Under the pieces are notes generated by a model, which was not told where the DNA came from, did not search any database, and saw nothing but the letters and a program-made list of their open reading frames with translations. The translations under genes were made by a program, and so were the position numbers. From the NCBI RefSeq assembly GCF_988242995.1, contig NZ_OZ547043.1: 64,000 nucleotides of DNA; one strand, given 5' to 3'. This document shows positions 28,997-40,180 of the stretch, piece after piece; position 1 is the stretch's first letter, and each line of letters begins with the position of its first letter.

Positions 28997-30856
28997 TTAC
29001 TCTTTCACCACAATTAACGGTTCAATATCACTCTCTTTTTTAATGACCAGTGATTCATCACCGCGCAAACACGTCCCACCGTAGTTGCCGCCAACGGTGA
29101 AGGTACATACCTGAATGTATTTACCGTCCACTTTCGGCAAACACCACAGTTGCTGATAGATGTTTTTCTGCTCGGCAAATTTACCGCTGGTTTTGTCCAG
29201 CACCTCTTCATGATGGCTGACGAGGTCGATGTTACTGCCACAGCGACCAGCGATCGGTTTCACTGCATAACCGGTTTTCACCAGTTCATCATTCACGGAG
29301 AAATCGGTATCCAGCAGGTAGCGATGGTGCGGGAACAGCGACCAGAGGATCGGCAGAATCGCTTTGTTGCCGGGGATCACCGTCCACAGCGGCTCAAAGA
29401 CCAGCACTTCCGGGCGCAGCAATACGTCGATAAGACGCACTTCATTTTGCGGATGACCGGTACGGATCGGCACCGCAGCAAACTCACGGTCGCTAACTTC
29501 ACGAATCTGATCAAACGCGGTTTCCCACGCCCAGGTTTTCCACACGCAGTTAACCAGTCGCCCTTCCCCATCAATCAGTTGCCCGGCAGCATCCCAGCCC
29601 AGTTCATCCAGCCCGCGCAAGATACGCGTTTCAAAGCCCGCCTGGTGCAGCGCCTGCTCCATAAACTGCGCGTGATAGTTTTCCTCGATATCTTTGTCCT
29701 GCATGATATGGACAAACGGACGTGCACGACTGTGTTTCCAGGCACCAGCCAGTTCGTTAATCAGCCCTTCCGCCGGATTGAAGCCGTTGCCTTTATAGCC
29801 CTGCTCCGCCCAACGTTCGAGGATCAAGCCCGCTTCGGTATGACAGGAGGCGGAATCGGCGTTGTATTCGTAGACCTTCAGGCCACGTTCGTCCATACAG
29901 AAATCCATACGACCGGTGATCATATGGTGACGGCGACGCTGCCAGGAGAGACGCAAACGTGGCCAGAGGATTTTTGGGATGTCGAACAGCGCCAGCAGGT
30001 TGTCATCTTTCAGCACCTTGTCGGTGGCGTGAAGATACATCAGGTGCAGCTCGTTGGTGGCTTTAATCAGCTCCTGCTCGGCACTCTCGGTAATGGTGTA
30101 GTAATGATACGGATCCTGATTGATCACCTGACCGTTGGCCTGCACATAGGCGTTTTGTAGCGGATCTTTTTCATCCAGCCATTTACCGTCAAACTGGCCT
30201 TTGTTTTCCAGGCGCGCTCCGCTGATTTTCAGCAGCTCGCCTGCAATTTCCGGCTGCGGTAAGCTGTATTCAGTATCTTCCGTCTGGATCATCCAGCCGA
30301 GAATGGTGGTGTCATCAAACGTGTCTTTAAGGGTATAGCAGCCGTTTTCGACCACCATCTCCAGCTCGCGTGTCCACTGTTGCCCTTGCGGTAACGGGGA
30401 ATGAATCACGTTCTGTTCCGCAATACGGACTTTGTTGCCATGCAATTGGGTAATGATGGCGACATGGCCAGTGTCTTTAAATTCACCGCCTTTATCCCAG
30501 ATAAGAAGCGCGCCCGCGACCGGTGCACGCGGCGAGCCATTAGGAAATGCCTGCAATGGCAGGATGTTGTCATTAACCACTTCACGCAGGAAGCGCAGCG
30601 AGAAAATCTCCCACGCCATACCCACGTCAGTGAAGACCACACCGTAATTCAGAAAGAGAAAACGGCGAGCAAATTCAACGCATTGCCATTTGTGGCCCAT
30701 ATATTCGTCGTCGATATAGCTACGGAATACGGCGTCATCTTCGTATTCCTGCGGATCGAGAGAACTGTAATCTGAAGAGTAGATTGCTACCCCACCTGGG
30801 GCGTAGCCCAATAATGTCCCGAACGGGGCATCCTGGCTGGTCGTTCCTTTGCTCAT
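28997..30856 (-). CDS. gss: Bifunctional glutathionylspermidine synthetase/amidase
   Basis: 619 aa from ATG 30856 (track ORF starts one codon earlier at GTG); MSKGTTSQDAPFGTLLGYAPGG recognised. Confidence 0.93.
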   Translation of the reverse strand: MSKGTTSQDAPFGTLLGYAPGGVAIYSSDYSSLDPQEYEDDAVFRSYIDDEYMGHKWQCVEFARRFLFLNYGVVFTDVGMAWEIFSLRFLREVVNDNILPLQAFPNGSPRAPVAGALLIWDKGGEFKDTGHVAIITQLHGNKVRIAEQNVIHSPLPQGQQWTRELEMVVENGCYTLKDTFDDTTILGWMIQTEDTEYSLPQPEIAGELLKISGARLENKGQFDGKWLDEKDPLQNAYVQANGQVINQDPYHYYTITESAEQELIKATNELHLMYLHATDKVLKDDNLLALFDIPKILWPRLRLSWQRRRHHMITGRMDFCMDERGLKVYEYNADSASCHTEAGLILERWAEQGYKGNGFNPAEGLINELAGAWKHSRARPFVHIMQDKDIEENYHAQFMEQALHQAGFETRILRGLDELGWDAAGQLIDGEGRLVNCVWKTWAWETAFDQIREVSDREFAAVPIRTGHPQNEVRLIDVLLRPEVLVFEPLWTVIPGNKAILPILWSLFPHHRYLLDTDFSVNDELVKTGYAVKPIAGRCGSNIDLVSHHEEVLDKTSGKFAEQKNIYQQLWCLPKVDGKYIQVCTFTVGGNYGGTCLRGDESLVIKKESDIEPLIVVKE

Positions 30857-31060
30857 CACTTTACCTTTAACAATACAACCTAAGCAGTTGGCGTAATTGT
30901 TGTGCTCTGATTACCTGCTCAGCGACATTAACCGGACAGAGGTCAGACTAATCATACACCTCATCGCAGCGGCTGGCGCAAAGGGTTAAAAAATTCACAT
31001 TCTGTACAGCAAGTGACCTGCTACACTGCTTCAACACTACCACTCAGAAGGCAACTCACT

Positions 31061-31927
31061 ATGACAGACAATACTTATCAGCCCGCGAAAGTCTGGACGT
31101 GGGATAAATCCGCTGGCGGCGCGTTCGCCAATATCAATCGCCCGGTTTCTGGTCCGACGCATGAAAAAACGCTTCCCGTTGGCAAACACCCCTTACAACT
31201 CTATTCGCTGGGAACGCCGAACGGTCAGAAAGTAACGATTATGCTTGAGGAGCTGCTGGCGCTGGGCGTTACTGGTGCAGAGTACGATGCCTGGCTGATA
31301 CGCATAGGCGATGGCGATCAATTCTCCAGCGGCTTTGTCGAAGTGAACCCGAATTCGAAGATCCCGGCGCTGCGCGATCATACGCATAATCCGCCGATCC
31401 GCGTGTTTGAGTCTGGATCGATTCTGCTTTATCTGGCGGAGAAATTTGGCTACTTCCTGCCGCAGGATCTGGCAAAGCGTACTGAAGCAATGAACTGGTT
31501 GTTCTGGTTACAGGGTGCTGCGCCGTTTCTCGGCGGTGGTTTTGGTCACTTTTACCATTACGCGCCGGTGAAAATTGAATACGCCATCAACCGCTTTACC
31601 ATGGAAGCCAAGCGCCTGCTCGACGTGCTGGATAAGCAACTGGCGCAGCATAAGTTTGTTGCAGGCGATGAGTACACCATTGCGGATATGGCGATTTGGC
31701 CGTGGTTTGGCAACGTGGTGTTAGGCGGCGTGTATGATGCCGCAGAGTTTCTTGATGCAGGTAGTTATAAACACGTACAACGCTGGGCGAAAGAAGTGGG
31801 CGAACGTCCGGCGGTGAAGCGTGGGCGTATTGTTAACCGCACCAACGGACCGCTGAACGAGCAGTTGCATGAACGCCATGACGCCAGTGATTTCGAGACG
31901 AATACGGAAGATAAGCGTCAGGGGTAA
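31061..31927 (+). CDS. yghU: Glutathione S-transferase-like protein
   Basis: 288 aa from ATG 31061 (MTDNTYQPAKV); track ORF starts at upstream GTG. Confidence 0.9.
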   Translation: MTDNTYQPAKVWTWDKSAGGAFANINRPVSGPTHEKTLPVGKHPLQLYSLGTPNGQKVTIMLEELLALGVTGAEYDAWLIRIGDGDQFSSGFVEVNPNSKIPALRDHTHNPPIRVFESGSILLYLAEKFGYFLPQDLAKRTEAMNWLFWLQGAAPFLGGGFGHFYHYAPVKIEYAINRFTMEAKRLLDVLDKQLAQHKFVAGDEYTIADMAIWPWFGNVVLGGVYDAAEFLDAGSYKHVQRWAKEVGERPAVKRGRIVNRTNGPLNEQLHERHDASDFETNTEDKRQG

Positions 31928-31996
31928 GTCGCAACATTGGCAGGCTTATCGCTATGTAGCCGGAAAAAGCATTTACGCCGCATCCGGCTTTAATCA

Positions 31997-32245
31997 TCAC
32001 GCGCTGGTAATGTCGTAATCCATTTGGCGCAGCGCGTCTAATGTGGCTTTGGCTTCATCTTCGTCGATGATGCTCATGGCAAATCCGACGTGTACCAGCA
32101 CCCACTGGCCCAGCAGATCGGCAGGGTTACCTTCACAAATCAGGGCGATATTCACGTCGCGCTTGATACCACATACTTCAACCTGCGCAAGCTGGTGAAT
32201 ATCCTCACCGACAGCCAGCACCTGGCCTGGAACGCCAATACACAT
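31997..32245 (-). CDS. hybG: Hydrogenase maturation chaperone (HypC family)
   Basis: 82 aa, [10 protein letters not shown]-terminus typical of HypC/HybG. Confidence 0.92.
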
Positions 32246-32257
32246 TGTTAACTCCGG

Positions 32258-32599
32258 TTATTCAACTTCAATACTTTTGACGATCAGCGAATCGCCGGTA
32301 TCGACACGCAACCGCTCGCCATGACAGAGCGGACACTGCGCATCGTGCTGATGAATCTCCACCACCTGGCTGCAATCCCAGCACCAGGCCTGGGCGGGTT
32401 TATAGACGATATGTAAATCGCACCCTTGCGCCACCGTTCCGTGGCAGACAATTTCAAAACTAAAACGGACGGCGCTCTCCTCAACGCAGGAGAGCGCGCC
32501 AATTTCCAGCCACACGGCGGTGACGCGCTTAACATCGTGCTGCTCCGCCTGCCGTTGGATAATTTCAACGGCGCTCTGGCAAAGCGACAACTCATGCAT
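32258..32599 (-). CDS. hybF: Hydrogenase nickel-insertion protein (HypA family)
   Basis: 113 aa from ATG 32599 (MHELSLCQ); two CxxC pairs near C-terminus. Confidence 0.9.
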   Translation of the reverse strand: MHELSLCQSAVEIIQRQAEQHDVKRVTAVWLEIGALSCVEESAVRFSFEIVCHGTVAQGCDLHIVYKPAQAWCWDCSQVVEIHQHDAQCPLCHGERLRVDTGDSLIVKSIEVE

Positions 32600-33080
32600 T
32601 TTCGCCACTCCTGCGGCCAAACAGCAGGGCGCGACGCCCTGCGTGTGGTACATCCGGATTCGTGACTGGCAGCGAAAGGATCATTCGTGCGCAGTCATCC
32701 GTCAGGCGTTGGCCCTCTTCAATCGACATGCTGTGCGAAAGCGGCGACATCAGCGAGCAGGAGAGGTATTGCGAAACACCGTCCAGTTCGCCAACGGTAA
32801 AGGTCATGGTGCCATACGGCAGTTGCAGACCAATTTTTTCACTCACTTTGCGCAGCGGCCAGAGTTGATCCGGGCCGGGGAAGATAACTGCACTCAGCAT
32901 CCACGGGGTGATCACACACCCCGTCCACTGACCTTCGAACAGCGTAAAGTCAGAAACATACACCGGCATTGAAGGATGCAGAAAAGAGAGATCATGCATC
33001 GAACGCCGGGCAATTTCTTCAAAAGCTGCCTGCACTTGCGCCTTCGGGGAGGTCTGGAAACCTGCTATCTCTTCAGTCAT
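32592..33080 (-). CDS. hybE: Hydrogenase 2-specific chaperone
   Basis: 162 aa from ATG 33080 (MTEEIAGFQ); overlaps hybF start. Confidence 0.88.
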   Translation of the reverse strand: MTEEIAGFQTSPKAQVQAAFEEIARRSMHDLSFLHPSMPVYVSDFTLFEGQWTGCVITPWMLSAVIFPGPDQLWPLRKVSEKIGLQLPYGTMTFTVGELDGVSQYLSCSLMSPLSHSMSIEEGQRLTDDCARMILSLPVTNPDVPHAGRRALLFGRRSGENA

Positions 33081-33567
33081 GAGTCGCCTCCCGTGGGATG
33101 GCTTCCACGCCTGATTCGCGCAGCGCAGCCAGAACCTGCTCAAGCGCAGGTTCAATCATCGCTTCGACCGTCGGCGTTAAGCCGATGTGCGGCTCCAGCG
33201 ATTCCGGGATCACGCCGACCAGGGTCAGCTTTTTCGGAAACTCACCGGTGAAGCGCAGGGCCGACAATACGTCGGCCAGGCCAAGCTGATGCGGAGAGAT
33301 TTTGTTGGTAAACAACGCCGGAACTTCTTCATCCCGCAGGATCATCATCGTTCCCGGCGCGTTCTTTTTCGACACAATGGCATCCGCAATAATCAGATGA
33401 TCGCGATTTGCCATGTCGCCAAGCAGCTCCATTCCCGCCGTGCCGCCATCGAGGATCTCAACATAATCCGGCAGAATGTATCGTTGCTCTAACGCTTCGA
33501 CAATCCGCACGCCGATGGCTTCATCGGTCAGCAAAATATTGCCAACCCCTAAGACTAAAATACGCAT
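33073..33567 (-). CDS. hybD: Hydrogenase 2 maturation endopeptidase
   Basis: 164 aa from ATG 33567 (MRILVLGVGN). Confidence 0.9.
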   Translation of the reverse strand: MRILVLGVGNILLTDEAIGVRIVEALEQRYILPDYVEILDGGTAGMELLGDMANRDHLIIADAIVSKKNAPGTMMILRDEEVPALFTNKISPHQLGLADVLSALRFTGEFPKKLTLVGVIPESLEPHIGLTPTVEAMIEPALEQVLAALRESGVEAIPREATHD

Positions 33568-35270
33568 TACAGAACCTTCACTGAAACCACTTCGTTGCCG
33601 TCGGCATCCACTACGTGTACCGCACAGGCCATGCACGGGTCGAAGGAGTGAATGGTACGCACCACTTCCAGCGGTTTATTCGGATCGGCAACCGGTGTAC
33701 CCACCAGCGACTGCTCGTAAGGACCGACGTCATCATTGAAGTTACGCGGGCCAGAGTTCCAGGTTGATGGAACAACTGCCTGGTAGTTACTGATAATACC
33801 GTCTTTGATCACCATCCAGTGAGAGAGCATACCGCGCGGTGCTTCGAGGAAACCTACGCCTTTGAACTCACCCGTTGCCGGAATGTTCGGCTTCACAAAG
33901 GTGGTGTGATCGCCTTTGCCGATATTGGTGATCAGTGCACTGTATTGATTTTGCAGGATATCCTGCAATTCGCAGCAGTGAACGGTACGACCAATAATAC
34001 GGCCCAGCGTGGAGTGCAGCTGCGCCACTTCCAGCGTGTTGCCAGTCAGTTTCTGATAAATCGCAACGATTTCATTCAGTTTATTCTGGGTAGATTCGCG
34101 ACCTGCCGCCAGTTTCACCAGCATATTAGCCAGCGGACCCACTTCTACCGTTTTGCCGTAGAAAGTCGGTGATTTCACCCAGGAATATTTCCCGTCGTCA
34201 GACCAACCATCATAAGCCGGAATGGTGGTACCTTCCCAGGGTGCCTGCGGCGCTTCGTCTTTATACCAGGAGTGCTTCGCGCTTTCCTGAATGCCTTTGA
34301 TCAGGTATTCATCGGAATGAGAAGTGATCGGACGATACGAGGACAGATCCGCATTCTCAATGTAGCCGCCCGGGAACAGGAAGCTGCCGTTTTTGCTGTC
34401 GGTCGGGAATTCCGGCACGCTCAGGTAGTTCACCGCACCTTTACCACGCGTCAGCCATTCCGGGTAGAACGCGGCGATAACCGCGGTATCAACCTTGTAA
34501 ACCTGCTCAACAAAGTCACTCAGCTTGTCGATGAAGGACTTGATGTACATCAGGCGCTCAAGGTTCAGCACGCCCAAACCGTCGAGGTTGATCGGGTTCG
34601 CGACACCACCTACCGCCAGGTTCTGAATGTGCGGCGTTTTACCGCCCAGCAGCGCCACGACGCGGTTAGCGTCACGCTGGCACTCCAGCGCCTGCAGGTA
34701 GTGCGCTACCGCAATCAGGTTCACTTCCGGCGGCAGTTTCATTGCCGGGTGACCCCAGTAGCCATTGGCGAAAATACCCAACTGACCGCTGGCAACCAGA
34801 TCTTTGATCTTGTTCTGAACTTTGGTGAACTCTTCCGGGCTGTTCAGGTGCCAGGTCGAAACACCTTTCAGCATTTCGGAGGCTTTGGTTGGGTCAGCTT
34901 GCAGTGCAGAAGTGATATCCACCCAGTCAAGCGCCGAAAGTTGATAGAAATGAACGATATGGTCATGCGTGGTGTGCGCAGCCAGAATGATGTTACGGAT
35001 GTATTGCGCGTTAACCGGAACGTCGATATTCAGCGCACTCTCTGCCGCACGAACGGAAGAGAGCGCGTGAGTGGTAGTACATACGCCACAGATACGTTGC
35101 ACAATCATCCATGCATCGCGCGGATCGCGGTTTTTCACGATCTCTTCCATGCCGCGCCACATGGTACCGGAAGCCCATGCTTTCGAAACGACGCCATTTT
35201 CGATTTCGCAATCGATGCGTAAATGCCCCTCAATACGGGTTACCGGATCAATAGTAATTCTCTGGCTCAT
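33567..35270 (-). CDS. hybC: Hydrogenase 2 large subunit ([NiFe])
   Basis: 567 aa; CxxC near N-terminus and DPCMAC near C-terminus (Ni-Fe ligands). Confidence 0.95.
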   Translation of the reverse strand: MSQRITIDPVTRIEGHLRIDCEIENGVVSKAWASGTMWRGMEEIVKNRDPRDAWMIVQRICGVCTTTHALSSVRAAESALNIDVPVNAQYIRNIILAAHTTHDHIVHFYQLSALDWVDITSALQADPTKASEMLKGVSTWHLNSPEEFTKVQNKIKDLVASGQLGIFANGYWGHPAMKLPPEVNLIAVAHYLQALECQRDANRVVALLGGKTPHIQNLAVGGVANPINLDGLGVLNLERLMYIKSFIDKLSDFVEQVYKVDTAVIAAFYPEWLTRGKGAVNYLSVPEFPTDSKNGSFLFPGGYIENADLSSYRPITSHSDEYLIKGIQESAKHSWYKDEAPQAPWEGTTIPAYDGWSDDGKYSWVKSPTFYGKTVEVGPLANMLVKLAAGRESTQNKLNEIVAIYQKLTGNTLEVAQLHSTLGRIIGRTVHCCELQDILQNQYSALITNIGKGDHTTFVKPNIPATGEFKGVGFLEAPRGMLSHWMVIKDGIISNYQAVVPSTWNSGPRNFNDDVGPYEQSLVGTPVADPNKPLEVVRTIHSFDPCMACAVHVVDADGNEVVSVKVL

Positions 35271-36445
35271 GCTTTGCTCGCCTCATGACGATTATGATCG
35301 TTTTGTTTTAAAGGAGGAAGTATCGGCAGTAGACGAATGAGTACGATGTAAGCGCAAATCTCAATAGCCACAAAACCAATAGAAATCAACAGTTCTTCCC
35401 AGGTCGGGAAGTAGGCGTAACCGCCGCCCGGGTTGAATGCCACCAGCGAATAGGTCAGACGCCAGGTTGCACAACCTAACAGCGCGCTCAGTGCTGACAG
35501 GAACAGCATGCGGGAATCATTACGCAGCTTCGCCACACGCAGAACGACCAGCGGGAAGAGCATCAGCAGGACTTCAATCCAGAACATCACGGAATAGAAG
35601 TCACCGGCAAACGCTAACGACAGCTTGTCGCGATAGATAAGCTCGCCAAAGCGCAGCACGATGAAAATCGCCAGCAACACACTGATGGTGTTGGTCAGCT
35701 TAACGAACAGACTCTTTTCATCCGGACCGTTGCCACGCAGACCCGCCTGCACCAGCGAACCTTCAAAGATGACAATCGAGAAGCCCATGATGAACGCCGT
35801 CAGCAGCGAGAACAACGGCAACATTTCATAGCTCTGCCACAACGGATGCACTTTGTAGCCCGCCGAGATCATCAGCGACCCCATTGAAGACTGGTGCATA
35901 GTTGGCAGTAGCGCACCGAGCGCGATGATGAAGAACATCACCTTGTTCAGACGCTGTAGCGACACCTTCCAGCCCAATCGTTCAAACAATGCCGGAGCAA
36001 ACTCCAGTGCCATCACGCCGATGTAGATGGTCATACAGACCGCCGTCTCGAACAGTACCGAGTTCACGTTGAAGTGACCCGGAATGTAGAAGTACGGCAG
36101 GTTCCAGTAGCGACCAACGTCGATGGTGATCGACAAGCCACCCAGTGAGTAACCGAACAGACTCGCCAACAGCGCCGGACGCACCAGCGGATGGTATTGC
36201 CCACGGTTAAAGACGTATACCGCCCACGCCAGCGCCCAGCCGCCACAGGCAAAGCCGGTGCCAATCAGCAGGTCAAACGCGATCCACACGCCCCACGGGA
36301 AGCCGCCGTTCAGGTCAGAGACAGAGCCCAGACCGAACACCAGACGCTTCACAATCAGGAGCATACAGATGACGATTAACGGTCCAAAAATCATGACCGG
36401 TTTACTGATGATTTTGCCGCCCAGCGGTTGTGGATCATGACTCAT
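35267..36445 (-). CDS. hybB: Hydrogenase 2 membrane anchor subunit
   Basis: 392 aa polytopic membrane protein; ATGA overlap with hybC. Confidence 0.92.
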
Positions 36446-37421
36446 GATCGTCTCCTCCGTCGTGATGGTCGTTTTTGGTGTTGCGACGAACCAGCACGGT
36501 TAAGCCCGCCAGCACAGCCAGTGGTAGCATCATGCCTTTATACAGGGTGTGTTGAATATTTTCGGAACGCGCACCGGTAGAAAGATCGTCCAGTTTCGGC
36601 AGGTCGAGATTTTCGTAAGGCACACCGGTCAGTACCAGAACCTGAGTACCGCCGCCCTCTTTCTCGCCGTACAGATGCGGATAATATTTCGGCACCGTAT
36701 GCAGGTAAGTGTCGCCAGATTTCAGCGTCTGACGCGGATAGTGGTATTCGCTGCCTGGCTTCAGCGCCAGACGTTTTTTCGCCTCAGCCATCAGCTCTTC
36801 ACGCGTACCAAAAATCACCGCGCCCGCCGGGCACACTTCTACGCAGCCAGGCAGACCGCCTTTATCAAGACGTTCCACACCTTTCTGGTTGCACAGTTCA
36901 CACTTATGCAGCGCACCAAATGGGTTGTTGTAGTCGTACTTCGGCACGTTGTATGGGCAGGCGACCATGCAGTAACGGCAGCCAGTGCACACATCTTTGT
37001 CGTAATGGACAATGCCGGTTTTCGGATCTTTTTTCAGCGCAGAGACCGGACACACGGAGACACAGTTCGGATCGACGCAGTGCATACACTGTTTCTTAAT
37101 GTACGCGTAGCCGTTCTCTTCCTGGTCTTTGTTGACACCCGTGCCGCTGGTCCACACCTGAATGATGTTATTGGTATACGGCGACAGTTTGTCGTTGTTC
37201 GACCAGGTCTGTTCCCCTTGCGGGTTACGTTCAGGGAAGTTGATATCCTGACACTTGGTGACGCAAGCCTGGCAGCCTACGCACAAGGTCGAGTCGTACA
37301 ACATCCCCAGCGATCCCGGAATTGGCGGGCGGTTTTCAGCAGCCGCATGACTGACAGACGGCAACGCGCCCGTCAGCAATGCCCCGCAGGAGGCTGCTTT
37401 AATAAAATTACGTCTGTTCAC
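36435..37421 (-). CDS. hybA: Hydrogenase 2 ferredoxin-type Fe-S subunit
   Basis: 328 aa, GTG start; Tat-type N-terminus [11 protein letters not shown]; multiple Cys clusters. Confidence 0.92.
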
Positions 37422-37423
37422 GG

Positions 37424-38542
37424 TTATTCTCCCCGTGAGTCAGCGTTATCTTTCTTTTGCTGACGACCCAGTTCACGCACCGCCATCACGCTGACACCGG
37501 CAACCAGCCCAACCACACCGCCGAGCAAACCAATAGCGCCCGCAGAGACGTTGCCGCCTTCTTTAGCGTTAACGTCCGGTTTCTGTGAACGCGGAGTCTG
37601 ATTTTCGACGTTGGCAAGCTGATGGATGCCTTTATGGAAGCCGATACCTTCTTCGTTACAGCCATAGCACGGGTGACCAATCGCCACCGGCCACACGCCG
37701 CCAACGTCGCAGAATTGCAGCGTTGAGCAGTTGCCGTAAGTTTCTGGCCCTTTACAGCCGAGGTGGTACAGGCACCAGCCTTCACGGTGGCCTTCGTCGC
37801 CGAACTCTTTCGCAAAGCGACCAGCATCGAAGTGCGGGCGACGTTCACAGTGTTCGTGAATCAGACGGCCATAGGCGAAGGTCGGACGGTTTTTGTCATC
37901 CAGTTTCGGCGGCTTGCCGTAAGTGATAATGTGCGCAACGGTCGCGAGGAAGTTGTGCGGGTTCGGCGGGCAGCCCGGAATGTTGATAACGGTTTTGCCA
38001 GGCAGAACTTCTTGCAGGCTGACTGCGCCAGTTGGGTTAACCCCAGCCGCGGCAACACCGCCCCACGCAGAGCAGGAACCGATAGCGATAATGGCTGCTG
38101 CGCCTTCCGCCGCTTTGCGGATGTGATCCACAATCGGCTCACCGGCAACCATGCAATAAATACCATTATCTTTTAATGGGATGGAACCATCCACCACTAA
38201 CACATACTGCCCTTTGTACTTCTCGAGAGCGTTATGTTTGTTCTCTTCGACCTGATGACCGAAGGCGGCGGAAAGCACTTCGTGATATTCCAGAGAGATA
38301 GTCTCCAGCACGAGGTTTTCTACCGTTGGATGCGTTGCACGAAGCAGAGATTCCGTACAACCGGTACACTCCTGCGCGCCAATCCAGATAACTGGCGGAC
38401 GCTGCGGGTTAGTAACCGATTCGGCCATCTCTGCCGCGGCTTTGCTACTTAACCCCATGGTGGCGGCTAATGCTGCACAAAGCTTCATGAAATCACGACG
38501 GTTAATGCCGTGAGAATGGATGAGGGTGTTATCTCCAGTCAT
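37424..38542 (-). CDS. hybO: Hydrogenase 2 small subunit
   Basis: 372 aa; twin-arginine signal RRDFMK. Confidence 0.93.
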   Translation of the reverse strand: MTGDNTLIHSHGINRRDFMKLCAALAATMGLSSKAAAEMAESVTNPQRPPVIWIGAQECTGCTESLLRATHPTVENLVLETISLEYHEVLSAAFGHQVEENKHNALEKYKGQYVLVVDGSIPLKDNGIYCMVAGEPIVDHIRKAAEGAAAIIAIGSCSAWGGVAAAGVNPTGAVSLQEVLPGKTVINIPGCPPNPHNFLATVAHIITYGKPPKLDDKNRPTFAYGRLIHEHCERRPHFDAGRFAKEFGDEGHREGWCLYHLGCKGPETYGNCSTLQFCDVGGVWPVAIGHPCYGCNEEGIGFHKGIHQLANVENQTPRSQKPDVNAKEGGNVSAGAIGLLGGVVGLVAGVSVMAVRELGRQQKKDNADSRGE

Positions 38543-38730
38543 TTATAGTTATTCCGTTGCGAAGACCTGGCATATATTTTGCCTCAATCGCAAAATCAAT
38601 AATGCGATCGATGCGCCATTTACCACACATTTATTATGGTTATCGATATCATGATACTGCGGCGGGGCGCTAAAACGAAGGGAAGAAGCATTAGTGTAAT
38701 TAATTAAAGCAAGATAATACGTATGTTTGA

Positions 38731-39018
38731 TCAATTTTCGAGGCGATAACCGGCCATAAAAAAGCGCAACGTAGAACAGGAATTATTCTCACGAAAGAAA
38801 TCCATTACCATCTCTTTATCCAGTCCATAGCGGCGCGTCAGAATACCCGCTTCCCAGGCGCTAAGCTGGCGATCTCCGGTCTTTTCGTACATCCGGTGTG
38901 AGTAGCCTAATACAAAACCGCGTTTATAATCGGCACAGTATTTTGTCACATTAACCGCACTGTCGGCATGCGTTGCTTTTAATCCCGCCATTAAGCCTTT
39001 ACCAAAATGGTTATTCAT
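38731..39018 (-). CDS. yghW: Uncharacterised small protein
   Basis: 95-aa ORF, ATG start, conserved position upstream of hybO. Confidence 0.75.
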   Translation of the reverse strand: MNNHFGKGLMAGLKATHADSAVNVTKYCADYKRGFVLGYSHRMYEKTGDRQLSAWEAGILTRRYGLDKEMVMDFFRENNSCSTLRFFMAGYRLEN

Positions 39019-39136
39019 CGTTCACCTCATTCGCTATATATTGTCATATATAGCGATATTTTAGGCAAAGAACGACTTTTGCGCACGCTATTTTTTCATG
39101 CTTGTTTAAGACGTAATCCCGTAAGAGATAAACCTA

Positions 39137-40027
39137 TCAGGAGAGATATTTATCGAACCATTTCAGCGTCCTTTGCCAGGCAAGATCGGCGGCAGATTTG
39201 TCATAACGGGGCGTGGAATCATTATGGAATCCGTGATTAACCCCCGGATAGATATACGCCTCATAGACCTTATTATTGGCTTTCAACGCCGCCTCGTAAG
39301 CGGGCCAGCCCTCGTTGATTCGGGTATCCAGTTCCGCGTAGTGCAGCAGTAAAGGCGCTTCAATCTTCGCCACATCGGCGGTGGGTGCCTGTCGACCATA
39401 AAACGGCACCGCGCAGGCCAGTTCCGGATACGCGACAGCCGCCGCGTTCGATACGCCACCGCCATAGCAAAATCCAGTAATACCCACTTTGCCTGTCGCT
39501 AGCGGATAGCGTTGCATAAACTCAATCGCGGCAAAGAAATCATTCATCAGTTTGGTTGGATCAACCTGCTGTTGCAGCTCACGACCTTTATCATCATTTC
39601 CCGGATAACCTCCAACGGAACTTAAGCCGTCAGGTGCCAGGGCGATATACCCCGCCTTCGCCACTCGCCGTGCCACATCTTCGATATACGGATTCAGTCC
39701 ACGATTCTCATGCACCACCACCACGGCTGGCGTTTTGCCGCTCATCTTTGCGGGCTTCACCAGATAACCCCGTACCTCGCCGTGACCATTTGGTGAAGGA
39801 TACGTGATGTACTCAGCAACAATCTCCGGGTCGGTAAACTCTACCTGAGTCGCCAGCGCATAATTTGGCTTGAGCAAATCAAACAACGCTAATGCCGTCA
39901 TCCCGCCTACCGCATACTTCGCCGCAAGGTTGAGGAACTCACGTTTCGAGATTTTCCCGTGAGCGTAATAGTCATAGTAATCCAGCAACTCTTGTGGGAA
40001 ATCTTTGGCGGTTAAACGCGGCATCAT
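39137..40027 (-). CDS. yghX: Dienelactone hydrolase-family protein (intact in this sequence)
   Basis: 296 aa from ATG 40027 (MMPRLTAKDF) with SD GAGGAG; single uninterrupted frame. Confidence 0.8.
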   Translation of the reverse strand: MMPRLTAKDFPQELLDYYDYYAHGKISKREFLNLAAKYAVGGMTALALFDLLKPNYALATQVEFTDPEIVAEYITYPSPNGHGEVRGYLVKPAKMSGKTPAVVVVHENRGLNPYIEDVARRVAKAGYIALAPDGLSSVGGYPGNDDKGRELQQQVDPTKLMNDFFAAIEFMQRYPLATGKVGITGFCYGGGVSNAAAVAYPELACAVPFYGRQAPTADVAKIEAPLLLHYAELDTRINEGWPAYEAALKANNKVYEAYIYPGVNHGFHNDSTPRYDKSAADLAWQRTLKWFDKYLS

Positions 40028-40180
40028 TGCACTCCTCAGTTGGTGTTTTTTTAAGCAAAGCATAAGCACGTGTTTTTGCCCAGTTTTTCGTCACTCTGTG
40101 AGCCAGACTACGGGATACGCGCTGATGAATCGCTAAACTAGAAACATTGTTTCGAAATTGAATGGTGGAAAGGAGAGGTC

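Noticed and set aside
29150..30160. 336-aa plus-strand ORF
   Set aside because: Antisense inside gss; no independent support.
34272..35222. 316-aa plus-strand ORF
   Set aside because: Lies entirely antisense within hybC, whose product is recognisable with Ni-Fe ligand motifs; no SD; typical spurious antisense frame.
36549..37463. 304-aa plus-strand ORF
   Set aside because: Antisense spanning hybA and the hybO junction; the hyb genes are well supported.
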